Shown here: positions 48,301 to 63,100 of the stretch, piece after piece
How the letters are laid out: the number at the start of each line of letters is the position of its first letter
How positions within the stretch are numbered: the stretch's first letter is position 1
Source: Octopus bimaculoides
Taxonomy: Eukaryota
Direction of reading: 5' to 3'
Length of the DNA: 64,000 nt
Assembly: GCF_001194135.2 (NCBI RefSeq)
Contig: NC_068982.1
Location: 45,135,818-45,199,817, forward strand
Translations under genes and position numbers: made by a program
Notes under the pieces: generated by a model
Told to the model about the DNA's origin: nothing
The model's input: the letters and a program-made list of their open reading frames with translations, nothing else
The model's database searches: none

Positions 48301-51300
48301 NNNNNNNNNNNNNNNNNNNNNNNNNNNNNNNNNNNNNNNNNNNNNNNNNNNNNNNNNNNNNNNNNNNNNNNNNNNNNNNNNNNNNNNNNNNNNNNNNNNN
48401 NNNNNNNNNNNNNNNNNNNNNNNNNNNNNNNNNNNNNNNNNNNNNNNNNNNNNNNNNNNNNNNNNNNNNNNNNNNNNNNNNNNNNNNNNNNNNNNNNNNN
48501 NNNNNNNNNNNNNNNNNNNNNNNNNNNNNNNNNNNNNNNNNNNNNNNNNNNNNNNNNNNNNNNNNNNNNNNNNNNNNNNNNNNNNNNNNNNNNNNNNNNN
48601 NNNNNNNNNNNNNNNNNNNNNNNNNNNNNNNNNNNNNNNNNNNNNNNNNNNNNNNNNNNNNNNNNNNNNNNNNNNNNNNNAATACAGCCGAGAAATGGAT
48701 TGGTCTAGTTATGGAGAAGAAGCGGCGAGCAAATTTCATACCTGTGCATTTTCTGATTTTCATTCAAATCAAGTGGTACCCATTTATTGAGCCTTTTTGA
48801 TTTTCTGATCGCACTTAAATGGTTGCAGGCAGTTTTCTGGCTAACTTGAAATTTTTTTGGACAGTTCTCGAGTGGTTTTACGTGGATCTTTCTCAATGAC
48901 AGTCTTTAATTGACCATCATAAATGACAGATGGGCGTCCACTACACTCATGATCTTCAAGGCTCAGGTCTCCACTGTGAAATCGTTTAAAGTATTTTCGA
49001 GCTGACCACTCACTGGTCATTTCCTCACCTAATGTTTCATTGATATCGCGAGCAGTTTCAGCTGCTTTTACATCCTTTTTTGAAGTCGAATAGCAAAACT
49101 GCTTGAATATTGCGCTGATAGTTCCATTTCGAATGATTGTAACATTGGTGAAAAAAATATCAATAATTTATCGATGCATTCAGGCAAGTGCATGTCTGTA
49201 TTATCAGACAATTGCAAAGAAAATGTTAAATAAAATACCAAAACCCTGCAAAAAATCTGGTACAAATTCTTCATGGTTCAAAGTGTTGCTTACTTTTTAC
49301 TCAACTTGATACAATGCAATTTAAAACAAAATTTTTTTTAGAAAGAATGATAGAAGAAACAGACAGTTAATTTAAAATAATTCAACCATTCTAATTGAAG
49401 TGATGCTGGATATTAAATAAGATCATACCGAATTTGTTCTGGAGAGCCTCCAGACGTAGCATTTGTTATGGCCCAAGCAGCCTCTTTTCTTGTTTTAAAC
49501 TCTGCTTTACCAAGAATTTCAATTAAAACTGGAAATATGTTGGCATCAATCACAGCCTAGAAACAAAACAAATGAATTAGCTTTAGATTTTTTTCTATCA
49601 AAACTTCAGTTAAATTTTCTCAGAACTTGTAAAATTGTTAACTTATTAAAAGATTATTTAAAAGGCATCAGTAGAAAATAACACTAAAGATAGTTATTAA
49701 TTATTATTTCATCCTTTTGGGGTTGATGAAATAAGTACTAGTTGAAAACTGGAGTCGATGTAATCAACTTATCCCCACCACCAAAATTTCAGGCCTTGTG
49801 CCTATAGCAGAAAAGATTATTATTATTATTATTAAGGTGGCGAATTAGTAGAATTGCTTTAATGATGCCTTCTACTGGAAGCACAAGACCTCAGATTTGG
49901 GGGAAGGGATTAAGTCGATTACATCGACTCTAGTGCATAACTGGTTATTTAATCAACCCCAAAAGGATGAAAGGCAAAGTCGGCCCCGGTGGAATTTGAA
50001 CTCAGAACGTAGTGACAGACAAAATACCGCTAAGCATTTCACCAGCACATTAGACAAAATGCTAAGTAGTATTTCTTCAGGCTCATTACATTCTGAGTTG
50101 AAACTCCATGGAGATTGATTTTGCGTTCCATCCTTTCAGGGTTGATAAAATAATACCAGTTGAGCACAAGGGTCAATATAATTGACTTACACCTCTCCCT
50201 TCAAAATTGCCAGTCTTATGTAAAAATTAGAAAGAATTATTATTTTGGCAATGAACTGGCAGAATTGTTAATATTTAGTCAAAATGCTTAATGGCATTGT
50301 GTCTGACATGTTTTTGAGTTTAAATTTTGCTAAGGTCAGCTTAAATTTGCATCCTTTCAGGGTTGATAAAATAAGTACAAGTTGAATACTGGGATTGATG
50401 TATTCAACTAACCCACTTCCCTGAAATTGCTGGCCTTGTGCCAAAATGAGCAAGAATTATTGTTACCTGTATCTGCATTCGATTTCCTGCAGTAATATTA
50501 GATATTGTCCAACATGCTTCTTTCCGAACAGCTTCTTTAGAACTGCCCAACAGAAGTAACAATGATGGTAATGCAGAGCAGTTCAAAATAACCTGGGAAA
50601 AGAATGGATGGTAGATTATAAATGTAAAATGCGCAATATTTTGAAAGTTTGTATACTGGAGAAAACACTCTGTATTAAACATCAACAAGAGATCATCAAA
50701 AACTGCTGTTTCACATCACTGGAAAAATAAATTAAAATCCACCAGGCATGCCTGTATGGTTAAACAACCGACTTGTATATTGTATCTTTTGATCAATGCC
50801 TTGTAAGTGAATTTGTAAATGGAAACTGTAAAGAAGCTTTTTCCTCGTGTATGTGTGTGTGTGTGGTGTTTGTCTTTCTCTCTGTAACCTGTCTTTATGT
50901 TGCTACCATATGTCAAGTGGTGTTGATCTGTTTATGCCTTCATTAATGGTTTTTCAAAAATAAGAACGATAAATATGTACTGGGGACGACTTGTTTGACT
51001 ATAACCCTTTCAAAGCAGTGCCCTAGTATGGTCATAGTCCAATGACTGAAACAGTGAGGGGGAAAAAAAAATCAATCACTTTAACAAGGTAAGCAACCTG
51101 ATCATTAATCACAATTTATTATACAAAATTTAGCAAACTTAGACATCCGATACAAACAGAAACTTTTCAAGATTTAAACACTTCCTTTTAATTGATAAAA
51201 ACATGTCTCCCATAGGTCAATGTTTGACTTTAGGTATTCCTAAACACATCCATTACATTGGACAGATGCCAGAAGAAAAATTCCTGTTGTAACAAAGGAC

Positions 51301-54300
51301 ACGTCTTTTATATAATTTTACTTATGTCTAATGAGTCCTCATTACCGTACAAGAATTTCATTTTTACCCCACTTGGGGTAATTTACCACAGTTTGCCAAC
51401 TCTTGCTTTAAGGCTTAAAAAGATGCTTGAAGATGCTAAAATATAAGACAGTAAAGAAAATGGAAAGTAAAATTATTTGATTAAATAATCACCTGTGTTT
51501 GATAGTCATCACCAGTAACAATGTTACCAACAACACGTAGAGCTGCTGAAACAACACACAAGTTGGAATTTCTAGAAAATTGAAGAAAAACTTGATCAAT
51601 CAATCAATTCAACTTGGATAATTTTAATTAAACAGATTTAGAGTTTAATAGCTTTGTATTTTGGTTTGATTATTAATTAAATAATTTAAATGAATATTTT
51701 AAATTCCATGTCTTGTTTGTTTATATTTTAGAACTTTTATTACCGTAAAAACTCATAAAAAACAAAAATAAACTTTAGGGGGTGCATAAATTACATGTGC
51801 AGATCGTTTCCAGAATTTTTTTTTGAAATTTCTTTTTGTTGAAAAAAGATGTACAAATGTAAACATTTGTACCAGAAGTTGACTCATTTAATATCAGAAT
51901 AGGTTTTTACAGAAGAAATATAATGAAGTTGACTTTTAATTATGGTGGACGGTATAATGCTTACTTTTTCCGTATAAATTTACTAAAACCATTAACTAGT
52001 TGACTACATTTTGAAGTTTGACGTTCATGCTGGTAATTATGGTCAGGGCCATATTTTACATTGCTTAGAGTTTCTACCTATTGCAATGGAGTCCAGCCAT
52101 TTCCTTAAATAGATCAATTTTTCTCCGCTTCAGAAGTCTAGCTTGGGTTTACCCCCAGGAAGCTTTTGCTTGCTTTCTCTGCGTTAGGACAATGAAATTT
52201 ATCACCACCGACATTGCCACTACCAGCTCTTACTGCATCTAACGCCAACGGTAACATCATAGTTCATCCTTGCGCATGTAAACTCACTAAGTGAATATGA
52301 TTTAGCTTTCCTACAGAAACCTTCATTTACCTTATATGATGCTTAATGTCGTTTATGCAGCAGTCTTATGTTCTCTTCATATAACACTTGTATGTATTAC
52401 AAGTTTTTTTTGGTATAGTAGGTTTTTTGCTATTCTTGTTTATGTCTCCTCACAGATGTGTATATTCTAACAAGTCGCTTCTTAAATTTTGCACCTCTCT
52501 TGTGCAATAAACACCGAGTTAAACTTGCAATGTTGTTTATTTTCTGCTTTTGATTTTTAATGTTTATTTTAGTGGGTTACCAAACTATCAGTTTGGTCTC
52601 CTGGATAAAACAGTAATGACAAATTTTAAAGCTTGCTTGACATTTTATATGTGCGAAATTTTGATACTTCGTATCAAAGGTTCTAACAAGAATAGGCAGA
52701 AAATCAGAGCTTGAGACAAGAAGACACTTTCAACCAATCAGAATTCTGTTTACATAATCAGTTTGCTAAGTCAGTTGATGTTTATTGGTAATTAAACTTA
52801 TTTTGCAACACTTGTGCGTATTTATCAGCTTTTTTTCGGTTGATAAGAATTATCAACAACTTTTCATGTGATTGTGATTTGAGAAGACATACAGCTTTCA
52901 ATGTGATACCTGTTAAACAGAAATTATGTTTATTTGATGAAAATTTAATAAAATCTAATCATAAGTAAGTGAAATTATGCTAAATACAACTAAATTGAAA
53001 ATCTTTTCCCCTGGCCATATCGGCAATTCTGAAAACTTTCAGATGTGAATTTTACACGAGTAGAAGCTTTTTTTAAAATAATTTTTATCCTGAAAATCAC
53101 CTGTGTAAATTACACAGGTGCACAAATTACATGGGTTTTTACGGTATAAGTTAGATGCAAAACAGAAGAGACCATTTAAAAATTTACCCATTGCATGATA
53201 ATAAAAAAACTAAACTGAGCACTTACACTAAAAGTTCAACCAGACGACGGCAAACACCAGCATCTATTACTGCATGTATCTTTTCATTTGGCCCATCAGA
53301 CAAATAAGATAAGGCCCAACAAGCATCTGCAAGGACATCTTTATCAGCATGGTATAATAAACGAGCCAACACAGGAAGAGCAGGAGAAACCTGAAAGAAA
53401 TATTAAGAATAAGAAGATATTTTTGAAAGGCAAATTTATAAAAATGAAGCTTAACCCATTAGTATTCAGATTACTCTATTAAACATAATAATCATTTATT
53501 CATGGTGTTTTGAATTAATCATGCATTATCTTGTGGCTTCAAGATTTCAGTGTTGTAATTGTTTATTTTTGGAATGACTTTGTAGGGTAGATGTGAGTTG
53601 TTGGATCTGGCTGGTTTAAATGCTAAAGGGTTAGAATTTAAATGAAATATAGATTGCAATAAAATATTTTTCCTATGCAAATACAAGCTAATATTAATGA
53701 TGAATAAATTCAAATTTTAAAGGGTGAATCAAAAGTCCCTTTAGCATCATTAAAAGCCAACTGAGGTCAGTTGAGGTTCTTAATTTTAAGCTTGCCTCTT
53801 CCATCTCTCTACCCTTCTCTCACATTTCCCACCTAGCCACAGGCTTCACTCACTCTTCCTTCATCAACTATTATAGTACAGTGACAACTTCTCTGCCATT
53901 TACACTGTCAGCAGCCTAGAGCTCTCTGGGTAGTTGAACTAAGTATGCTCAAAATACACTGCCACCTTTAGGACAATGAACATTCTTTTAAATTTTGTTT
54001 ACATTTTGTTTAATATGTGTGTGTGAATAAATATATATATAGTAGGTGCAGGAGTGACTGTGTGGTAAGAAGTTTGCTTCCCAACCACATAGTTCTGGGT
54101 TCAAGTCCACTGTGTGGCACCTTGGACAAGTGTCCTCTACGACAGCATTGGACTGACCATATATAGATACGATGGGCTACTTTCAGTTACTGCCTACCAA
54201 ATCCACTCACAAGGCTTATATAGGTATGCTCAAATAACTTATGTCATATACTTATTTAAAGCTTACATAGAACTGTTTTAGCCTTAATCTAATGAATACT

Positions 54301-57300
54301 TTCTTTCTATCTTGACAGTTGCATGATTGTTTTAGGAATCAGTCTATCATGGTGTAGGTAATTTCAGACAGGATTATAGAGTAGCATTAGATTATAAAAA
54401 AACTTGCTATTCTATTATTATTATTATTAATTTTTTTTTTTTTTTTGCAAAAATACATTTATATTTTTTACTTGTTTCAGTCATTAGACAGCAGTTATGT
54501 TGGGGCACTGCCTTGAAGAATTTTTGGTTGAATGAATTGGCCCCAGTACTCATATTTTTAAGCTTGGTACTAAGACATTTGCCCAAAGTAGTGGGACCGA
54601 ACCCAGAACCATGTGGTTGGGAAGCAAGCTTCTTTCCACACAGCTATGCCTGCATCTAATACAGCAGGTAATGCTACAGCTTGGTATCAACACATTATTC
54701 ATCTTAGTTTTATTCTGAATTAGATTCAATGATTCTCTCAATTAATTATCTAACCAAATGTTGCAAGTTGGAGTCCTTGTAAATATCAGGTTGTTGTAAT
54801 CATCAAAATCAGATGGAGACTATAGCCAGTTCACTCAGTGAAGACACAAGAGATACAACGCAAGAAAAAGTATAATGTCTAACAGTACAGGAACAAATGT
54901 GTGTGTGTTTGTGTGTGCGTGCAGTTTAGTATTATTTACCAATTACAGAAAGTAATAGTTAATGAAATTAAGTTTCCATTTAAATGTTAGAAATAATTGT
55001 TTACCTTTGCAAAGTCAGGTGGAGGATTTTTCCCTCTGCATAAATTGGATAAGCACCATACTGCATTTCTAGTCATAGATAAACTTGGATGTTGGCTAAG
55101 CAACCTAGAGAGTGGGGGGGAAAAAGTAATTAATGTTATCAGTAAATTAAACAAATGCATATAAATACAAAGTTTATTTTGATTAAATCAGAACTTCCTA
55201 AGCAAAGTATTTAATATTATTTAAATCAATTATCAATATAATTAATGATATTAAAGTTCACAGAATAAAATTTTAGTTATATTTGACTATGGCTGCATAT
55301 GAATTGTTAGTCTGGATAAATACTTGAAATGTTAAAATGGAGATGAAGAGATGTATGTTGAGTACAAGAAATAACAAGAGTTGTTTTTAGTCAGAGACCT
55401 CCAGTATGGCAGATTTAAGTATATACTAAGCAGAAAATTAGGTTGGTAGAATAATTGGAGTTAATAAGGAGAGATGATAGAATAATTAACCACAAATTCC
55501 TAATAAGCAATGAAACAGCATTTATGATTTTTCCTTAGGTCTCAGTTAGGATTAATGAATAAGCAAAAGGACCAGCTTTTTGAGGTCCTTGTGCAGGTGA
55601 AGGAAACCTTTAGAATAGGTAATAGGAACAATGTCATCATGGTAGGTAATATGAATAGTTACATCCGGAACACTAAAACTGATATACCAGTATCCATGAA
55701 GGCTCTAAGACTGAAGAAATTAAGTTGCATCATTTTTGGATTTCTGCAGTGCAATTCTTAAAATCTTCAACAAAATTTTTAGAAAGTTAACCAGCCAACA
55801 GATTATCTACTGAGATTGGTCTAAGAGTCAAAATGATTATTCTTAACAGAAAGAGAAACAAAAATAAAAGTCGACATGAACACAAAAAATATCCCTTGTA
55901 CCAAACATATCTGTGGTTTGTGATTTTAAGTCAAAGAAGAGAAAAATTAAGGAAGAAAAGTTCCCACAGTAAGACATGACTTCCAATAAACACAAAGAAC
56001 TATTATATAGAGGACAGTTAGGTGAAGAATATACCACAAGACAAACTAACAGAGAAACCTCTAGTTACTTGATCTGCTAGAAATATTTACCAAATCTCCT
56101 ACAAATCACACCCTGCTAGTGTGTGTGTGTGTAGGGGTAACTCCACACGGGAAAATGTTATGTCTGATACACTAAAAGATAGAATGGTCACAGCTGACCT
56201 AGGACAAAGTAACTTACTACTAATCACTGACTATTGTGTAAATGGAGCAGAATCTCAAACAGACAAAGAGCATGGTTATGTGGTTGTTTGATCTGCCAGT
56301 ATAGTCAAAACTCGCTCAAATTACACCCCAGATTTAAAAACGGGATGGTCAAAGCTGGAATGACATAGATCAGGTGTACCAATACACACATGGTGGGATC
56401 CTTTAGCTTCTGCAGCTACAGCCACAGATTTTAAAATAAGTTCTAACAAAAGATAAGACATTAATGCTGTTAGCTTCTACGAACAGTCACAATTACATAA
56501 GAGCTTAAACCTTAGCCACTCACAAACATCATCATCATCATCGTTTAACGTCCGCTTTCCATGCTAGCATGGGTTGGACGATTTGACTGAGGGCTGGTGA
56601 AACCGGATGGCTACACCAGGCTCCAATTTTGTATATATACTTTAGTATTTGAAACTGGTGAATTTGTTCCACTTTATAAAATTTACTTTCTAAATCATTG
56701 TTGTTCTGTTTATTTTTTGTATTAGTATCATAGAGCTTATGAAACAGCTTGATGTTTTCTTAGTTAACCAATAGTGTTTAACCAATAGTGTTGCTACTTT
56801 CCTACTGCAACAGCTTCTCTGTTTAGTTGTTCTGTTTGAAGTTCACTCTACTTTCTTAATGTTTAAATAACATTTTAATATTCATAAATTTTGATGATTT
56901 GCCATGCACCACAACATTTATATGAGATTTCTTTATCATATCATAGTAGCCTGAACAGTTTTTTTTTAGGTATGTTGCTGTTGTTGCCAATAACACTTAA
57001 GTTTGATTCTTTTTTTTTTCACGAAGACTAATAAAAATCTTTCTAAATTTTCAAACAAGGTCTTCACTTGCTGGAATTCTGTTTATTTTTTGCATTCAGA
57101 AGTTCATTCTGTTATATTTATTGTCTCAATGTTTTAATGTTCATAAATTCAGATAATTCACCCAGCATTGCAACAGCCAGAGTGGAGGCGCAATGGCCCA
57201 GTGGTTAGTGCAGCGGACTCGCGGTCATAGGATCGTGGTTTCGATTCCCAGACTGGGCGTTGTGAGTGCTTATTGAGTGAAAACACCTAAAGCTCCATGA

Positions 57301-58453
57301 GGCTCCGGCAAGGGATGGTGGCGAACCCTGCTGTACTCTTTCACCACAACTTTCTCTTACTTCCTGTTTCTGTTGTGCCTCTAATTCAAAGGGTCAGCCT
57401 TGTCACACTGTGTCACACTGAATATCCCCAAGAACTACGTTAAGGGTACATGTGTCTGTGGAGTGCTCAGCCACTTGCACGTTAATTTCACGAGCAGGCT
57501 GTTCCGCTGATCGGATCAACTGGAACCCTCGACGTCGTAAGCGATGGAGTGCCAACAACAACAACTGCAGAATCTATAGCCTACACTGTGAAAAACCTGA
57601 TCTGGGTTAGGGTAAGGAACACTTTGAAATTACAGACTGAAAATTCAGAAGGCCAAGGTGTGTTAGTGCCTCCTTATGTCTACAAAGAAATGTTGTTCAT
57701 AAACTTCTGCTGTGAATCATACCTGTATAGCATTTTGGGAATGATAAATATAGTTTTCTTATTTCCCTGTTAGTTTAGCATTTTTTATTTACTTCCTATT
57801 CCTCTAATTATCAACTTTCATTGGGTAACTTTTTCGACAATAACTCTGACATTACCGACAGCTTGGGTACTCTAGTACATATATATAGTGAACTTGTATA
57901 AAAAGGGGTCAGCATTATTTTCAGATGAATTTTAGTTTGTTTAAGAGAAAACTACAAGGTAATCCTGAATTTTGCAGCATTTTAGTTTAATTCAAAATTT
58001 TTACCTAATTCCTGCAACATGGTCATGTTATTTGGAAGAAAAAAATGTTATATCATGTTGAATTTTCTACTTTCAGACATTATATTGAAAATAAAAATCA
58101 ATAAGCTCACTGTAAAAGTGGTACCAATATGCCTTCATTCAAAACATAGTTTCGACATTCTGGACTATCTCCTGCAATGTTTCCTAAAGCCCACACAGCC
58201 TGAGAATGAAAGTTTAAAATAATATTTTAGAAAGTTAAAATATGTAATTAAAAGAGAAATCAATCAGAATATGAAAAAATGTAAAACTATTTGGATTAAT
58301 ATTTTAAGAAATAAGTTTCAGTCTTTAAAAAGCATTACACATTTCAAAGTTCTATTCTATCGAGCGAATAAATAAATTTCTTTAAAGTGCCAAATGAAGT
58401 AAATTTGGCAAGATTGTAAAAATAACATACAAATACATATGACACAAACATGA

Positions 58454-58498
<45 letters not shown>

Positions 58499-60121
58499 AG
58501 AGAAAAGAAACAACTGACATGGCATTTATTTTTTCTATTCAAATTTTAATATATGAACATTATTTTAAAACTTATTTTTTTCTTTTTTAATGGGTTTTGT
58601 GTTCAACAAAAAATGCTTTGACTGAATTAATATAATGAAATAATAAATGACCTGTTCCTGCACATCTTCTATTTCAGATTCCAAAAGTTTGATGAATATA
58701 GGAACTGCTCCAGCCTCAATAACTACTCTTGTTTGAATAGATGTACCAGAAGCAATATTAGTTAAAGCCCATGCAGCTTCAAACTGAAATAAAACAACTT
58801 ATGAAAGTCAAGATAATGTAAATAAAAGATTTTAACAAATACTATTATTTCTTTACATGTAACATTAACGGAAAGAGTCAATGACTATTGAAGAGGTTGC
58901 AAAATGCAACAAACATTTTAGAAAAAATAAATGAGTGATAATCGAACTGGTGAGTGTTAAATAATAAAGCACCAAAAGAGAATGACTCTCCCCAGACACA
59001 ATAAAATATGCTTCAGCACACAAATTCACATAAAAAAATCTTGCAAACCAAATACAAAAATGAAATTAACTGCTGTATCAAAAACACACGCAAAATACTG
59101 GTTGTGCTTCTCTTAGCTGCAGAATACTTTTTATGATTGGCACAAGAGGGTGCTGGTTTAGAATATAAACACACACACACACATGCATAATACGAATTGG
59201 CTGGAGTAAGCTCAGAGAACTTTGACCTATTTTGGTAACAAAAGGCCTCTCTCACAGAATGAAAGGCAATTTGTATGATGCCTATGTACAAATAGCAATG
59301 CAACATGGCTGTGAATGCAGAGAACTTGTGAAGACTTGAATGAAATGAAACAAGTACGCTCTGATGGATGTGCAGTGCTTAGAGAAAAATTGGGGATAAA
59401 AGGCATCAAATGTGGTGCAATGGTGAGGTTATGTGATGTGGATGGATGAGGACGGCTGTATAAAGAAGTGCCAATCACTAAATGTGGAAGAGGTTGATGT
59501 AAGAAAACATGGGACAAAGTGGTGAAGACTGACCTTAAAACATTGAGCCTCTCAAGAGGAGATGACAGAGGACCCAGATTAATGGTGTTATTCTGTGCTT
59601 GAGAAGACCTATCCATCTCAGCAGAATCAAGGCTGTCAAGCCTTCCCCCACAACTCATTTTCTATTTTCTTCACTTTCCACTACACTGAACTGATCTTCT
59701 CTGTGTCCAAACTCATTCCCTATCTCTAATCATCTGTCATAATATTTTCACATAGTGCACTTCTTATTCAGTCTCATATTCACATTTTACCCGAACCTCA
59801 TGTCTTTTTCTCTCCCTCTCCCATGTTCCAGGTGAGCAAGCTATGTATTTATCTCTTCAGGAAGACACCCGCTCCTCTCCCTCAATCACAGTCTTTTTCT
59901 CCAGTCTATAGCATGCTCAGTTGAGAGGTCTTATCTTGTGGGTACTTAGTGACCTCACCAATGCTGGTGCCAGGTAAAAAAACACTCTGAAGTGGTTGGC
60001 ATTAGGAAGGGCAACCATGCCAAAATAGACATAGAATCTAGCAGAGCCTTCTGACTTGCTATTCTTGTCAAATCATCCAACCCATGCCAGCATGGAAAAA
60101 GAGATATTAAATGATGATGAC

Positions 60122-60159
<38 letters not shown>

Positions 60160-63100
60160 TTTCAATTAAATAAACATAGATACAAACACACATAATTACA
60201 AAGATAGAGAGGAATGATAAAGACAAACAAGAGAATTCAGGGAAAGGTGTGTATGAAATTAGACATATGTACTTGCATTGCAAGTAAATAAAATTAAGAA
60301 TGAGATATTTGATGAAAATTTCTATCAGTTAAAACTTCTCTTGAGGTTACAATCTTACAACAATGGTTCTAAAACTGACAAGGATTTCATTAAATAAAAT
60401 TATCATAAATCAACATTTCTAATCATCTTGAAAGTTGGTTCCTTTAGTTTGGTACCCAATGTTGTGAAGAGATAATATGACTTGCACAAAGTATATGGCT
60501 GCCTGGCACGTGAAAAGACATTTGAGCGAGATCGTTGCCAGTGCCGATGGACTGGCTCCTGTGCAGGTGGCATGTAAAATACCCCATTTCGAGCGTGGCC
60601 GTCACCAGTACCGCCTGACTGGCCCTCGTGCCAGTGGCACGTANNNNNNNNNNAGCGTGGCCGTCACCAGTACCGCCTGACTGGCCCTCGTGCCAGTGGC
60701 ACGTAAAACACCCACTACACTCTCTGAGTGGTTGGCGTTAGGAAGGGCATCCAGCTGTAGAAACTCTGCCAAATCAGACTGGAGTCTGGTGTCGCCTCCT
60801 GGTCCACCAGCCCTCAGCCAAATCGTCCAACCCATGCTAGCATGGAAAGCGGACGTTAAACGACGAGGATACTTCTATAATACATTTAAAATTAAATCTT
60901 TTGGTTAGTATAGTTTAATATTGCTTTCGGAATATAATTTTGCAATAGTATATGTATGTTTAGAATAATCTGTGATGCAACTTTTGTATCATTGAAACAG
61001 TGACCAAAATTTACAATAAAACTAAAATGTAAAATCCAAAAAGCAAGTAATCTTTACCTGTAACGAACAGTTTCCATCTCGTTGAAGAAATTCAACAAAT
61101 TTTGGAACAACTCCAGTTAAAATAACTTCATCAATTGGTGGATTAGGTTCTAAAATTGAATAAAATGAAATAAATGCTGTCAAATACAATCCATGCGTGC
61201 ATGCTTATGTATATATTATTGTACATAAGCAGATACATAAAACACTCCAGATTTTTATAAAGATGGGTGTTTAGATATGAAACCATTTGGTTCTATATTT
61301 GACAATGATTAATGAACTGTACCAACTATATTTGACTGTAACTTGAATGTTTTAGTGTTATATGATAATGTAAATAGTTAAATTTCTTCCCTTATGCAGA
61401 TAATATGAAAATTTGTTTTCACATAAACTATCCTAAAGTAATAAATTAAAAGGAAATATACTGAATGATATTGATTAGAACTTAAACAGCAAACACAAAC
61501 TCAGATGTGTGTGTTTGAACTGTTTTGACATTGTATAGTGTTAAATAAAAGTGACATCAAACAGTAAATAGATGAAATATTTAAGTTAAGAACCATTAGA
61601 CAAAACTGCTCAGTTTCATTAAGTAGTGTAAGATTGTAAAGGAAAGTGGAATCACCTTTTGATAAGAGTTTTCGAAATTTCTGTGTTGCAGGTTCTTGTT
61701 CTTCTATATTGTCACTGTACAGAGCTTTTACCATTTCACTGGTAACACCACCCTACATCCATGAGAGAGAAAGTAGGAAAATTAACAAAACTGTAAAGTA
61801 TGTAAAAATTCTTTATATCAGAATAAGTTAATTTTAACATTTTAGCATTTAAAATGGCCCACATATTCTGTTTTATGTTGAAACCTTCCAAATCAGGCCT
61901 CTCACACCTACTCAGCAATGTCATTCTAAAAATAAAATAACCACATCACTGAAATCTTGAAGCTATGAGATAACACATGATTAATTCAAAACAATGTGAA
62001 TAAATAAGCATTACATTTGACAGGGGGATCTGAATCGTAAGGGGTTAAGTAGATAGTTCAAATAAGGTATTTTCCATATTCTGAAACAACCTATCAATGC
62101 TTTTAGCTTCTAATGAACTGATCTTTCAGTTTCTTCATCTTTTTTTTTTTTCTCAGAATCAAACTATTTAATAATAGGTAACAAATAATTTTTCCTCTAA
62201 GTAATCACAAAATAACTAATAGCACATGTTTAATATTTAGAACAACATATACAAAATCAATGTAGCAACACTTTGCATGTTACATACCAGAGTCCAGGGA
62301 AACTGGTGGCAGTCTGCACCAATAAAAGCAGTTAATAAATTTCAGAAATATGAAAAACTTTGTATGTCATGAATTCTAACATTTTGAGCAGGGCTCATCT
62401 GCTCATGGTATTTAAACTTATCTAAATTAATGAACATGTTATTGCAATATCAACAAAGATGGAACCTGGTTTCTTGTAGAGGTGTATTTTCTTAAGTTTG
62501 GTTATTCTTAACAAGCAAAACAATACCAGTTGGTTAGCCTAGTTTTACCCAAGTAGGGTAACAATTTCGCAGCTTATATTTACTAGACAGTCTTTTGTAC
62601 ACGTTAATGAAGAATAATCTAAGCAAATTATCATTGAAAAATTATAGAATATCATATGACTAATAAAACTGGTTTTATTGGCCTCAATGTCCTTCCAATT
62701 TCACAATATGCAAACAGAAACCACACTTCTAAACTATTTTCCACTTAGCTTTCTTCCAAATCAGCCTCCAAATTTAACATTAATCTGTTAGAAAGTACAT
62801 CTCTCTTGTGATAATGTTTGTATTCATAACCAAATATGCAATCTTTCTTAAGCATAGAAAAGAAGTTAACATGGCTCTAATTCTTATAGTATTTGAAAAC
62901 AGTTTGCTGTATTTTTTCTGAATAAATAAATTTTACATGCCCTATACCATATCACACTCTCAATTTAAGATTATATGGAGTTTTCCATAAACCCACTCAC
63001 CAAAAACCCACCAGAACTTCTTAGGTAAAAATGTTTGAGAACAAGTTTTAAATGAAAGTTGACTATGTTTTAATATGTATCAGTAATAAAAATAGTGTCA

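Noticed and set aside
40684-48800. Long ORFs full of X
   Set aside because: Artefacts of translating N gaps.
57181-57260. tRNA-like A/B boxes
   Set aside because: This is a SINE head with no acceptor stem or complete cloverleaf; no genuine tRNA or rRNA genes were seen.
60595-60710. Perfect ~50-bp direct repeat around a 10-N gap
   Set aside because: It may be an unmerged contig overlap and cannot be called a true tandem repeat without reads.
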